Shown: positions 39,072 to 49,143, counted from the first letter of the stretch. The stretch is DNA of 64,000 nucleotides from Fibrobacteria bacterium (GCA_050294405.1 JBNKOC010000008.1:1-64000); one strand, 5' to 3'. Notes: generated by a model from the letters alone, not told the origin. A program made the numbers and translations.

Positions 39072-39782
39072 TTAAAAGGTTAAAAACTTTTTGATACTTT
39101 CGTCAGATAAATTTTCAGCTTTTCCTGAAAGTCCTATCTGACCCCTATCTATCATGTAAAAAAAGTTTCCGATTTGCCGGGCAAAATCAAAATATTGCTC
39201 CACCAGGATGATGGTGAGGTTTCCCATGTCTTTTAATTTAACCAGGGCTTTTTCGATATCCTGAATAATGGATGGTTGAATGCCCTCAGTGGGCTCATCC
39301 AAAATCAATACTTTTGGATCTCCAACGAGGGCTCGGGCAATGGCTAATTGTTGCTGTTGTCCGCCGCTTAGATTGCCACCCATTCTTTTTTCCATATCGC
39401 CCAATACGGGGAATAAATCATATACCAATTCTGTGGGAACTTTTTTCAATCCATCGGTTCTGGCTTCTAGCCCAATTAGCAAATTTTCGTAGACAGTGAG
39501 TTTGGAAAAAATTTCCCGGCCCTGGGGTACATATCCGATGCCAGCCTTTACCCGAAGGTCGGCAGAAACATTTGTATAATCCTTACCCTCAATTAGCATT
39601 TTTCCTTTTTTAAAATCCAAGAGGCCGCAAATAGCCTTTAACAGAGTTGTTTTGCCCACACCATTTCGTCCCATGATGGCAGTGATGGAACCTTTTTCAA
39701 TTTCCAGATTGATGTCTCTTAAAATTTGGCTCTCACCATAATAAACATCCAGGTTTTTTACTTCTATAATATTTTGAGTCAT
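39072..39782 (-). CDS. urtE: Urea ABC transporter ATP-binding subunit UrtE
   Basis: GRNGVGKTT, YVPQGREIF, LSGGQQQQLAIARAL, DEPTEGIQPSII. Confidence 0.95.
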   Translation of the reverse strand: MTQNIIEVKNLDVYYGESQILRDINLEIEKGSITAIMGRNGVGKTTLLKAICGLLDFKKGKMLIEGKDYTNVSADLRVKAGIGYVPQGREIFSKLTVYENLLIGLEARTDGLKKVPTELVYDLFPVLGDMEKRMGGNLSGGQQQQLAIARALVGDPKVLILDEPTEGIQPSIIQDIEKALVKLKDMGNLTIILVEQYFDFARQIGNFFYMIDRGQIGLSGKAENLSDESIKKFLTF

Positions 39783-39791
39783 ACGTACTAA

Positions 39792-40532
39792 CTAATGATG
39801 TGAACTTCCTAAATAACATTCTATAACTTTGGGATTACTTTGCACTTCTTCCATTGGCCCTTCCACTAAAACTTTTCCCTGATGGAGAACGGTCACAAGA
39901 TTAGCAATTTGGCGCACAAAGGTCATATCGTGTTCAATCACAATAATGGACCTATGGGAAGAAAGTTCTTTTAGCCATTCTCCGGTTTTGTGGGTTTCTT
40001 CATCGGTCATACCGGCAGCGGGTTCATCAATTAACATGAGCCGCGGCTCCTGTAAAATAACCATAGATATTTCTAACCATTGTTTTTGGCCGTGGGATAA
40101 AGAACCAGCTGTTTGTTGTAAATGTTCTTTGAGCCCCGCCCGTTCGGCCACCTCAAAGATTCTGTCTTTTTCCTTTTTGGTCATTTTGTAAAATAAGGAG
40201 GAAAATACGCCTCGTTTGGTTTTGAAGGCTAACATCATGTTTTCCATAACTGTCAAGGAAGGGAAAATAGTTGGGGTTTGAAATTTTCTGCCTACACCAA
40301 CATCTACAATTTCCTTTTCTGAAAGCTTGGTTAAATCTTTATCGTCCAACATAGCTGAGCCGGTATCAGGTTTGGTTTTTCCGCACAAGCAATCTAAAAA
40401 AGTTGTTTTTCCCGCCCCATTGGGGCCGATAACCACTCGGAGCTCATTTTCTTCAATAATAAAGGTGTTTATATCCAAAGCTTTAAATCCATCAAAGGAA
40501 ACGCTTAAATTTTCAACATACATTAAGCTCAT
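39792..40532 (-). CDS. urtD: Urea ABC transporter ATP-binding subunit UrtD
   Basis: VSFDGFKAL, GPNGAGKTT, GRKFQTP, LSHGQKQWLEI. Confidence 0.95.
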   Translation of the reverse strand: MSLMYVENLSVSFDGFKALDINTFIIEENELRVVIGPNGAGKTTFLDCLCGKTKPDTGSAMLDDKDLTKLSEKEIVDVGVGRKFQTPTIFPSLTVMENMMLAFKTKRGVFSSLFYKMTKKEKDRIFEVAERAGLKEHLQQTAGSLSHGQKQWLEISMVILQEPRLMLIDEPAAGMTDEETHKTGEWLKELSSHRSIIVIEHDMTFVRQIANLVTVLHQGKVLVEGPMEEVQSNPKVIECYLGSSHH

Positions 40533-40536
40533 AATC

Positions 40537-41640
40537 TTATTGATTCCCTCCGTTACCTGGGGTTCCCGCTTTTTTTAATTTAGCCGCTTTGGAAAATAAT
40601 GATGGAAGGCTTCCCATAAGGCCTTTAGGGAAAAACAAAACTACTCCAATAAATAATAGTCCCAATACATAGGGCCAGTATTCAGGGATAGTTCCAGTCA
40701 TGGTGCTATACAAAAGGCTAACCAACAGGGCCCCAAAAATGGGTCCAGATAGTGTGCCTCGGCCACCAAGCGCTGTCCAGATAACCATTTCAATGGATGC
40801 TTCCACAGTCATTCTTCCTGGGGTGATGATTCCTGTTTGAGGAACATATAACATGCCTCCCAGGGCGGCAAATACAGCAGCCAGAATAAATACAAATATT
40901 TTAAAGTGGGTTATGCGAAATCCAATGAATCGCAATCTGAACTCCCTATCCCTAATAGCGACCAGTACTTTGCCCAGCTTGGATCCCACAATAAATTTAG
41001 ACAAGAAATACAATCCTATGACTAAGGCAAAAGTCACCACATACAAGCCTCTTTTTGTGGCAGGGGAGGTTAAGTCAAAGCCTAAAAGTGTTTTGAAATC
41101 AGTAAGCCCGTTGGTTCCGCCTAACATGGTTTCGTTCCTTAAAAACAAAAGCCACATGGCCAAAGCAAAAGCCTGGGTAATAATTGCAAAATAAACGCCT
41201 TTGAGTCGGCTCCTAAAGGCGAAGAAACCGAAAATTCCCGCTACAACAGCAGGTACCAATAAAACCATTAACAAGGTTATAGGAAAAGAATAAAAAGGCT
41301 TCCAGAATGCGGGAAGTTCCTTTACGGCATTCCAAACCATAAAATCAGGTAATGTGGAGCCATACACTCCTGATGTGCCGGTTTTAAGCAACATATGCAT
41401 GCCGATGGCATAGCCGCCCAAACAAAAATAAAAGGCCTGGCACAAGGAAAGTATACCCGTATAACCCCATATCAGGTTTACACCCATAGCGGCAATTCCA
41501 AAACATAAGTACCTGCCCCATAGATTTAGGGTATTGTCTGAAAGTACGCCTATTGAGTTTAAAATGGGGGCTAGAATTCCAAATGCAAGGATGGTTCCTA
41601 AAAGGGGTAAGTTTTTCTGAATTTTTTTATTCATCTGCAT
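40537..41640 (-). CDS. urtC: Urea ABC transporter permease UrtC
   Basis: WGYTGILSL, LPDFMVW, FRSRLKGVYFAIITQA, GGRGTL. Confidence 0.95.
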   Translation of the reverse strand: MQMNKKIQKNLPLLGTILAFGILAPILNSIGVLSDNTLNLWGRYLCFGIAAMGVNLIWGYTGILSLCQAFYFCLGGYAIGMHMLLKTGTSGVYGSTLPDFMVWNAVKELPAFWKPFYSFPITLLMVLLVPAVVAGIFGFFAFRSRLKGVYFAIITQAFALAMWLLFLRNETMLGGTNGLTDFKTLLGFDLTSPATKRGLYVVTFALVIGLYFLSKFIVGSKLGKVLVAIRDREFRLRFIGFRITHFKIFVFILAAVFAALGGMLYVPQTGIITPGRMTVEASIEMVIWTALGGRGTLSGPIFGALLVSLLYSTMTGTIPEYWPYVLGLLFIGVVLFFPKGLMGSLPSLFSKAAKLKKAGTPGNGGNQ

Positions 41641-43426
41641 TTCTCCCTTTTGATGGGAAAATGCCAGTGGGACGGGCTTGTAGAAACAATATTATAATTC
41701 CCAAAATAAATACCTTTGCGTAAACAGCTTCAAAAATAGGTTCCAGAATTTTATTAATTACACCTATACCAAGGCCTGCCCATATGGTTCCCATTAATTT
41801 TCCAACTCCTCCGGTAACCACTACCAAAAAGGAGTCTACAATGTATGTTTCTCCCATGTTAGGAACCACGTTTCCAATAAGGGTCATGGCCCAGCCAGCC
41901 ACGCCCGCAATGCCGGTTCCAAGGAAAAATGTCATAGCATCAATTCTACGCACTGAAATTCCAACACAGGAGCTCATTGGCCTGTTTTGGGTGACCGCCC
42001 GAAGTTTAAGACCAAACTTAGTCTTGTAAAAAATCGTATATAAAATCAGCACAGTTACAATAGTTAATCCGATTATGAAAATGCGGTTAAATGGCAATAA
42101 CACTTGGGGTGCGATTTCCAGCCCGCCGCTCAACGCTTTGGGCAATTGCACAGCTGTTAAATCTCCAAAAATATTTCTGGCAAGTTGGATAAGGCATAAG
42201 CTAATGCCCCATGTTGCTAAAAGACTTTCCAGGGGTTTTTTATATAAATGACGGATAACCAGCCATTCCATAGCCACCCCAAATAAACCAGCCACTACAA
42301 AGGCAAAAGGTAAGCTTAAAGGAAAAAACCAGTCTACGTTTTCTGGAGACAGGTGTTTCATGCAAATATTTTGAACTACAAAGGTGGTATAGGCTCCAAT
42401 CATCATAAATTCGCCATGGGCCATGTTAATGATTCCCATAAGTCCGTATATTATGGCTAATCCCAAAGCAACCAGAATTAATATGGAACCCAGGCTGATT
42501 CCAATAAAACTGGTTTGGATGAAATCCATTAAACCACGAAAAGACTTTAAACTGGCAAGGGCGTCTTCCACAGCCTTTATGACCCTTTCATCCTTTTCCG
42601 GCATTTGTCCGGATTCGTTTTTCTCGATGCGACTTTTTAAGGCGGGGATTCCCAAAGGACTTTTTAAGTCCGCCAAATTATTGGCAGCAGTTAACCTTTC
42701 GATGGGAGAGCCAAATTTTAATTTGAGCTTTGCAATGGAAACTTTTTTCAGGCTTAAAATAGAGTTGTCAGTTTCATTTTTCAGAGAAGATTCCAAAAGG
42801 GCAATGTTTAGAGGATCACCCTTGTTTCCAATATTTTCTGCCGCAATTTTCCGTATATTAGGATCCGCGTGAAATAAATCCATTTTATCCAGATACGTTT
42901 GGATAAAAATTCTCATGTTGCGTGAACAATCGACTTCAGTCAGGTCGTTGGGGTCCAGGTAGATTTGTTTGTTATTTTCATCCAGAATGGGCTTTTTTTG
43001 AGGGTGAGGGGTAAACAAAGGGGCTTCGGTAAACCCATCATCCGTATCTCTTTCTTCTCCTAGTAAAACCAACCCTTTAAAATCTTCTTGCTCAGGATAA
43101 ACATACAGGACTCCATTAAAAAGGCCTTTTAAAATATCATAGTCATCTGGATTCTGTCTTTTACTCATTTCCGATGCTGCCCATTCAATAAGGCTGTCTT
43201 CTTCGGATACCAGGGCTGTCCAGAGAGCCTCCAGCCAAGCCTCTGAACCTTTTTCGGGGGCTTCGTACACGAGGGAATCGGTGGAACTAGAGTCGGGCTC
43301 TGTATTAGCCAGACTATCCATTTCCATATTATTTCCCTCATTCTTATTCTGGCTGGAATCTGTTTCCTGTCCAAATCCCAGTGAGAACAACAAGCTAAGG
43401 GTGAATATAATTTTGGTTATTTCCAT
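41627..43426 (-). CDS. urtB: Urea ABC transporter permease UrtB with a periplasmic HEAT-like N-terminal extension
   Basis: SLGSILILVALGLAIIYGLMGIINMAHGEF, LLATWGISL, IVDSFLVVV.GGVG; start uncertain (ORF is open to 43480). Confidence 0.92.
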   Translation of the reverse strand: MEITKIIFTLSLLFSLGFGQETDSSQNKNEGNNMEMDSLANTEPDSSSTDSLVYEAPEKGSEAWLEALWTALVSEEDSLIEWAASEMSKRQNPDDYDILKGLFNGVLYVYPEQEDFKGLVLLGEERDTDDGFTEAPLFTPHPQKKPILDENNKQIYLDPNDLTEVDCSRNMRIFIQTYLDKMDLFHADPNIRKIAAENIGNKGDPLNIALLESSLKNETDNSILSLKKVSIAKLKLKFGSPIERLTAANNLADLKSPLGIPALKSRIEKNESGQMPEKDERVIKAVEDALASLKSFRGLMDFIQTSFIGISLGSILILVALGLAIIYGLMGIINMAHGEFMMIGAYTTFVVQNICMKHLSPENVDWFFPLSLPFAFVVAGLFGVAMEWLVIRHLYKKPLESLLATWGISLCLIQLARNIFGDLTAVQLPKALSGGLEIAPQVLLPFNRIFIIGLTIVTVLILYTIFYKTKFGLKLRAVTQNRPMSSCVGISVRRIDAMTFFLGTGIAGVAGWAMTLIGNVVPNMGETYIVDSFLVVVTGGVGKLMGTIWAGLGIGVINKILEPIFEAVYAKVFILGIIILFLQARPTGIFPSKGRNADE

Positions 43427-43491
43427 ATTGAGTAATAGGGGATAAAGAGGTGTAAAATTGTTTTTGGATATCTGTAACAATAGTTCGGGGC

Positions 43492-43532
43492 AAAAAAAAG
43501 AGTGGTTTTGAAGTTAAATTCAAAACCACTCT
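43492..43532 (-). terminator. Strong hairpin/terminator between the porin gene and urtB
   Basis: Minus strand AGAGTGGTTTTGAA-TTTAAC-TTCAAAACCACTCT followed by a T-run. Confidence 0.8.
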
Positions 43533-43549
43533 AAAAGCTTCATATCAAA

Positions 43550-44515
43550 TTAGAAGGCAAAAATTGTTTCAACAGCAATGTTGGTAACTTCAGCGTCGAT
43601 TTCATATTTTAATTCAACTAATCCACTTAAGTTATCGTTGAAAACATAGGAAGGGCTAACTGTGATTTCTTGATCTGGATCACCTTCGTCGATTTGGATT
43701 CCACTGTAACGTACAGTTACACCAGCTTTATCTCCAATACCGACATTGGCCATTACTAACCAACCCATGCCATTTACATCTTCTGCTTCCCAATTGGTCA
43801 TGTAGTTGAATTCACCGGCTAACAAAGCAGGTCCTACAGCATAGGAAACCCACGCATTTAGCAATCCCTGATTTTCAACTCCAGAAGTAGTTTCTGTATC
43901 CATGGCATACGCAATTTTAGCAGTTAAAGCTTCTACTGGCATTAATGCCAATTGAGCTTCAAATGCAGGTTTTTCAAAATCAGTGTTTCCACCGTCCCAT
44001 ACACTACCAATAGCAGCCAGGTAAATGTTGAACATGGGCTGGCTGAAGTTTAAAGCTATACCATTTTGGTATCCGCCGTATACAAGAGTTTTTGAATAAG
44101 AATACTGGAACATATCTACAGGTTCGGCAGCTTCCCAACCAGTAGAGCTTAAGAATTTACCAGCAGTAATACTCAAGGGACCGCCCATAGGTGTGGCGGT
44201 AATAAAAGCTTGTTCCATGGTGATTCCCAAGTCATTTCCCACTGTTTCAGGGTCTGCCGGGTCTCCTACAATTACACCGCCATTGGTATTAATGTCGGCA
44301 CGAGCAGTTACACCGTTTTTGAAGTCGTACATGAAGTCCAGTTCCAGCTGATCGAATCCGCCGTAAATCGTTTCTTCATCAGAAGTGATTACAGCTCCGG
44401 CAGACATATCAAAGAAACCGCTGGTTGAGAAGTTATCGGTTACTTTTATTTCGCCGAAAGAAGCTACCGTTCCAACCATTCCGGTAGTTAATAATGCTTT
44501 TAGTAATTTGTTCAT
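43550..44515 (-). CDS. Outer-membrane porin/beta-barrel within the urt operon
   Basis: Signal peptide; MEQAFIT, AGKFLSSTGWEAAEP..FQYSYS; C-terminal Phe (ETIFAF); RBS favours ATG 44515. Confidence 0.85.
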   Translation of the reverse strand: MNKLLKALLTTGMVGTVASFGEIKVTDNFSTSGFFDMSAGAVITSDEETIYGGFDQLELDFMYDFKNGVTARADINTNGGVIVGDPADPETVGNDLGITMEQAFITATPMGGPLSITAGKFLSSTGWEAAEPVDMFQYSYSKTLVYGGYQNGIALNFSQPMFNIYLAAIGSVWDGGNTDFEKPAFEAQLALMPVEALTAKIAYAMDTETTSGVENQGLLNAWVSYAVGPALLAGEFNYMTNWEAEDVNGMGWLVMANVGIGDKAGVTVRYSGIQIDEGDPDQEITVSPSYVFNDNLSGLVELKYEIDAEVTNIAVETIFAF

Positions 44516-44591
44516 TTTTTTCCTTACCTTTCCATTTTTTTTAAAGATGCATGCCTGAAGATTCAAGCATGCGGTTTAAATGTATTAAAAA

Positions 44592-45866
44592 TTATTTTTT
44601 AGTGTAAGTTCCACCGTGGTTAACATGGTCACAAGATTTGTCTGGGCTGGTTAAGTAGCTCCAAGGCTCAGGAGATACAAGACCTTTTGATTGCCAAACG
44701 ACTTTGAACTGACCATTTTTCTTGATTTCGCCGATGAAAACAGGCTTTGCCAAGTGGTGGTTCTTCTCGTCCATAATTACAACACCACCGGGGGAGTTGA
44801 ACTTGGAGCCGTAAAGAGCTTTTTTAACTTTTTCTACGTCAAAAGATTTTGCTTTTTCGGCAGCTTGTTTCCAAAGATACACGCCTGTATAAGCCCAAAG
44901 AATTGGGTCATCAGTAACTCTTTTGTTGCCGCCGGGCAATTTATTCTTTTCGCAATAAGCTTTAAACTTTTTAACGAATTCTTTGTTTTCTTTTGAGCTG
45001 ATAGATTGGAAATAGTTCCAGGCAGCCAAGTGGCCAACAAGGTGCTGAGTGTCCATTGCGCGAAGCTCGTCTTCAGCAACACTGAATGCCATAATGGGGC
45101 AAGTGGCGGAAGTTAAACCTTGGTTTGCGAATTCCTTATAGAAAGGAACGTTGGAATCGCCATTGATGGTGCTAAGTACAGCAGCTTTTCCGCCAGCAGC
45201 AAACTTTTTGATTTTTTTAACAATAGTTTGATAGTCTTGGTGGTGGAAAGGAGTATACTCTTCAATAATATCAGATTCGGGAACTCCTTTGGACAACAAA
45301 TAAGCTTTCAAAATTTTGTTCGCAGTTCTGGGGAATACATAATCAGTTCCTAATAAATAGAACTTTTTGTAAGCTCCGCCTTCTTTGCTCATCAAATATT
45401 CTGCAGCAGGGATAAGTTGTTGATTAGGTGTGGCTCCTGTGTAGATAATGTTAGGAGAACATTCTTCCCCTTCGTATTGAACGGGGTAGAAAAGCAATCC
45501 TTTTTTCTCTTCGTATACAGGAAGAACGGACTTTCTGGAAACGGAAGTCCAGCAACCGAAAGTTACAGCAGTTTGGTGTTTGTCCAACAATTCTTTGGCT
45601 TTTTCAGCGAACAAGTCCCAGTCGGAAGCGGGATCCACTTCAACGGCTTCGATTTGCTTGCCGAGCACTCCACCAGCAGCATTGATTTCTTCAACAGCCA
45701 TAAGAACGGCATCGCGCAAAGAAACCTCAGATATGGCCATAGTTCCGCTCAAAGAATGCAAAATACCGATTTTTACTTTTTCGGCAGCAAACCCAAGTGG
45801 GGACAATATCGCCAGGATTGCTAGGAGTCCCATAATTTTAGTAAGGGACAATTGTTTGAAATTCAT
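44592..45866 (-). CDS. urtA: Urea ABC transporter substrate-binding protein UrtA
   Basis: GILHSLSGTMAISE, DPASDW, FGCWTSVSRKSVLP, FYPVQYEG, DYVFPRTAN, NGDSN, AWNYF. Confidence 0.97.
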   Translation of the reverse strand: MNFKQLSLTKIMGLLAILAILSPLGFAAEKVKIGILHSLSGTMAISEVSLRDAVLMAVEEINAAGGVLGKQIEAVEVDPASDWDLFAEKAKELLDKHQTAVTFGCWTSVSRKSVLPVYEEKKGLLFYPVQYEGEECSPNIIYTGATPNQQLIPAAEYLMSKEGGAYKKFYLLGTDYVFPRTANKILKAYLLSKGVPESDIIEEYTPFHHQDYQTIVKKIKKFAAGGKAAVLSTINGDSNVPFYKEFANQGLTSATCPIMAFSVAEDELRAMDTQHLVGHLAAWNYFQSISSKENKEFVKKFKAYCEKNKLPGGNKRVTDDPILWAYTGVYLWKQAAEKAKSFDVEKVKKALYGSKFNSPGGVVIMDEKNHHLAKPVFIGEIKKNGQFKVVWQSKGLVSPEPWSYLTSPDKSCDHVNHGGTYTKK

Positions 45867-45927
45867 TTTTTTCTCCTCTAGTGTTTAAATGACAGGTAAT
45901 AGGGTTTAAATCCTGCAACTACCCTTA

Positions 45928-45943
45928 AGCAAATCCTCGGCCA
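45928..45943 (-). promoter_or_regulatory. sigma54 promoter of the urt-ure operon
   Basis: Minus strand TGGCCG-AGGAT-TTGCT, GG-N10-GC, about 60 nt above urtA. Confidence 0.8.
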
Positions 45944-46137
45944 AACGAATAAGCGCTATTTTTTTAGGAATTTAGAGGGTTTTTTGGTTTTGGAGCGGAA
46001 TAGGGATTAATTGGCATTAATTGTCAATGATTTGACAGCTAATTTTGAACTTCAAAGCTTTACAACTTGTGGCAATGGTACATTATTGTCAAAACGTTCC
46101 ACTTTTTCTGGCTGGGTATGAAGTTGGCTACGGTTTT

Positions 46138-48450
46138 TTATCTGTATTCAGGAAGAATTGTTAGGTTAAAATCCTTTTTGGGGCTTAGCAAATTGAGAAA
46201 AACCAATCCTTTTTGAGCTTTGAGAATTTCCTTAAGTTCTGGCACATAAATTTTTTCTCCGGGCCCAATCCTTTTTTTCCAATCTGCTAATTCCCTGCCT
46301 TGGGCGTTAAAAACACGGATGTTGGCAATTTCTCCCCCCATGGAACCCGGCACAAACAAGGTTTTTTGCTGAGGATTCCAAAACAGCTTTTCTAGCGTCT
46401 TAACTTCTCCTATCGATAACATTTTGCTTTCGTCGTAAAAATAATTTTCGGAAGGCACAGGGTGGAAGGAACTGTTGTTAACCGACCAATTCAATGTGAG
46501 GGCAGGTTGGCGGCTGCGAGATATATACTGGAGGGAAAATTTGTGATAACCGGTTTCAAACTTAATTTCCTGGGTATTTTCCAATTGCCCAAATACATGG
46601 GAAGAAGCTGTGATGTCGTCTATTATCAATTTAGCTTCATCATTGCTTTCTAATTGAAATTTGTAAGAACCTTGTATGGGAATGTATATATAGCCTTCAA
46701 AATTATAGCCAAAATTAAAATTCCGAATTCTGGAACTAATATCAATGTTATCCGTAGCCTGGTGAAAGACAGGCTTGGTGATAAAAGAATAAGGCAGAGA
46801 GCTCCATTCTCCTTCATAATATCTTCCCAGCAAACCGCGTTTGTAATTTAACTCCTGGGGGGCTTCTTGATAGGGCATGTTAGCTTCCCCAAAACTAAAT
46901 GACATTTTCGGTCCTGGCAGGCTGATGTTAGAAATATCCAGCCCCGAGGGTTTGCCATCCCACCACTGGGCATCGGGGGTTGAATTATCGTTAAAAGTTT
47001 TCCCATTGCCCTTATGAAACAAATCCCCTGGAGAACCTGAATTAACATTGTGTTCCAAATCATAGTTGCCATCTGCCTGCTCCAGGGAAATTTGGTAATG
47101 GCGGCTTGGAGTCATGCTTTCATCGGAATTGCTTCCCGTAAGGTCCACGTGCCATATCATCAGACCTTCATCCGGGGCGGATTGGTAACGCCCCATTTTG
47201 GCGATGGATTCAATGATAAACATTTCTAAACCTGTTTTTTTATTGAGATACACATAGTTTTCGTGAGAATTAGACTGAAGTTGAAAATAGCTCCCCAGCA
47301 TGTTTGAATTTAAGTTTGTGGAATATTGCCATCCTGCCTGTTGCCGCAAATAGGCATTGGGTGGCAAAGGGTTTGTTCTGTCCGCTCCCCCTGACATTAG
47401 GCAATAGTTTCCAGTTCCCTTGGATTCGCCTCCATAATCATATAAATCCGGCCACCCGAACAACATGTGGCCATTTTCATGGCATATGGTAAACAAACTC
47501 AATTGGGAACCCATGTTAGATATGTTGTAACCTCTGATTGAAACTCCATCGGCATAAAATGTTTTTGGAATAGCTCCCCGATGGGGCCATATACCCTTTG
47601 CCCACTGCTTTCCAGTGAATCCGGCATAAACAATATTTAGGGCAATGGCTCTTCCATTGGCATCTGTGGTTAGTTTAGAAAAATCTACTCCCTCTTTTTC
47701 CAGCCCTTCCAGGGCTTCCTGAACTAATTCATATGAGCCATAATATCCATCATCCCGATCGTAATAAGCTTTATTGTTTTTTGCCGTGTAATAGTTAGTT
47801 ACGATATTTTGGTATTCAATATTTCCGTTAGATACATCATAAAAATAGTCACGGACAGAGCCGTTGTTTCCAAATCGATTATAGCCAGGAAGGTTTGCCC
47901 AGTTTTCAATTTCCTCTTTGCTAAAAGCCCCCTTGAGTTCAGGGAAATCGATTAGAATAATCATGCCGAATATTGTTCTGGGACCCGAGCCTGCTTTTTT
48001 CAATTGTCTGGATAATTTTGGTTGGTAATCCACATGCTTAAAGTGTTCGGCTTTATTTTTTTCTATTTGTACATGACGACTTTTTAAAACTTTTTGGTAA
48101 AGGTTCTTTTGCTGAAAATTTGGAATGGCATACCGGCTTCCGTTTATTGAGGTATGAATTTTTCCCGTTGGTTCAAGGTCGTTTTTTAAACCGTTCCAGC
48201 GTGCATATTCCACATATCCGGTTTTGGGGTTGATTAAAACTGGGTTTCCATTTTGGGATTCAGCATAAATATTAAATTCATCTCCCCACACTTTGAGCTC
48301 AACAACTTTTCCATCTGGTTGCTCAAATTCCATTAACATACCTGAATAGGGGGCTGAAATTAGTTGGCCAATCCCCCAAAACAAACTCCAAATTAGAGTC
48401 CGATAGCAAACAGCGCCCATAGGGCGCAATAGGCCGGAAATGGCAATCAT
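46138..48450 (-). CDS. Secreted M6 family (immune inhibitor A-like) metalloprotease with PA14 domain
   Basis: QPDG..WGDEF pro-region; ILIDFP; GSVRDYFYDVSNG; CHENGHMLFGWPDLYD; YCLMS; PA14 FEGYIYIP..G.YKF.LESND. Confidence 0.9.
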   Translation of the reverse strand: MIAISGLLRPMGAVCYRTLIWSLFWGIGQLISAPYSGMLMEFEQPDGKVVELKVWGDEFNIYAESQNGNPVLINPKTGYVEYARWNGLKNDLEPTGKIHTSINGSRYAIPNFQQKNLYQKVLKSRHVQIEKNKAEHFKHVDYQPKLSRQLKKAGSGPRTIFGMIILIDFPELKGAFSKEEIENWANLPGYNRFGNNGSVRDYFYDVSNGNIEYQNIVTNYYTAKNNKAYYDRDDGYYGSYELVQEALEGLEKEGVDFSKLTTDANGRAIALNIVYAGFTGKQWAKGIWPHRGAIPKTFYADGVSIRGYNISNMGSQLSLFTICHENGHMLFGWPDLYDYGGESKGTGNYCLMSGGADRTNPLPPNAYLRQQAGWQYSTNLNSNMLGSYFQLQSNSHENYVYLNKKTGLEMFIIESIAKMGRYQSAPDEGLMIWHVDLTGSNSDESMTPSRHYQISLEQADGNYDLEHNVNSGSPGDLFHKGNGKTFNDNSTPDAQWWDGKPSGLDISNISLPGPKMSFSFGEANMPYQEAPQELNYKRGLLGRYYEGEWSSLPYSFITKPVFHQATDNIDISSRIRNFNFGYNFEGYIYIPIQGSYKFQLESNDEAKLIIDDITASSHVFGQLENTQEIKFETGYHKFSLQYISRSRQPALTLNWSVNNSSFHPVPSENYFYDESKMLSIGEVKTLEKLFWNPQQKTLFVPGSMGGEIANIRVFNAQGRELADWKKRIGPGEKIYVPELKEILKAQKGLVFLNLLSPKKDFNLTILPEYR

Positions 48451-48531
48451 TAATTAATTTCAAACTTGTCGCTTTGATTAGATTATATGTTAGGTTGGAT
48501 AACAGTATCCACACAAAAATGAGCTTGATAC

Positions 48532-48981
48532 TCAGCGATTCATTTTTTCAAGCATAAGATAAGGGGTTCGTGTCATCCCCAGTCTTTGATAGGTTGCCTG
48601 AGCCCGAAAATTTTCTTTTTCCACATATAAGCGAAGCCCGGCTGCGCCTTCTTTTCGGGATAACTTCTCAATGTGGCTAAACATTTCCGCGAAAACTCCT
48701 CTGCGTCGGTAGTCTTCTGTGACATATACGCTCTGCAACCACCAAATAAGGCCATTTCGCCAATCGCTCCATTCATAGGTAACCAACAAGCAGGCCACAG
48801 GCTCTGGATTTTTGCAAATAAGATAAAAGCCGTATTTTGGGTTATTTATAAGGTTTTTTACCCCATTAGTGACGGTTTCTATGGACAAATTTTGCCCTTC
48901 GGTTTCTTTTGCCAGCATTAAATTGCAGTGAGCTAAAAAATCAATATGCCTTGAATCTGCAATTTCCATCGTTAAATCCAT
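48532..48981 (-). CDS. GNAT family N-acetyltransferase
   Basis: TYEWSDWRNG..WLQSVYV..RRRGVF..LRLYVEKEN..AQATYQRLGM; GGAG RBS favours 48981. Confidence 0.92.
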   Translation of the reverse strand: MDLTMEIADSRHIDFLAHCNLMLAKETEGQNLSIETVTNGVKNLINNPKYGFYLICKNPEPVACLLVTYEWSDWRNGLIWWLQSVYVTEDYRRRGVFAEMFSHIEKLSRKEGAAGLRLYVEKENFRAQATYQRLGMTRTPYLMLEKMNR

Positions 48982-49143
48982 GTAGTCTCCAATTATATGT
49001 TGCAATCCCTTTTAGAAATTTTAGAAAATTTAGATAATAAAGGGGAAATTCTTGCTTTTTTCTACTTTCTGAAATCAAAAAAATGATAATTTAATTAATA
49101 GGGACTTCGGGTAAGTTTAGGCAGTTGGAATAGGGATACAGCT

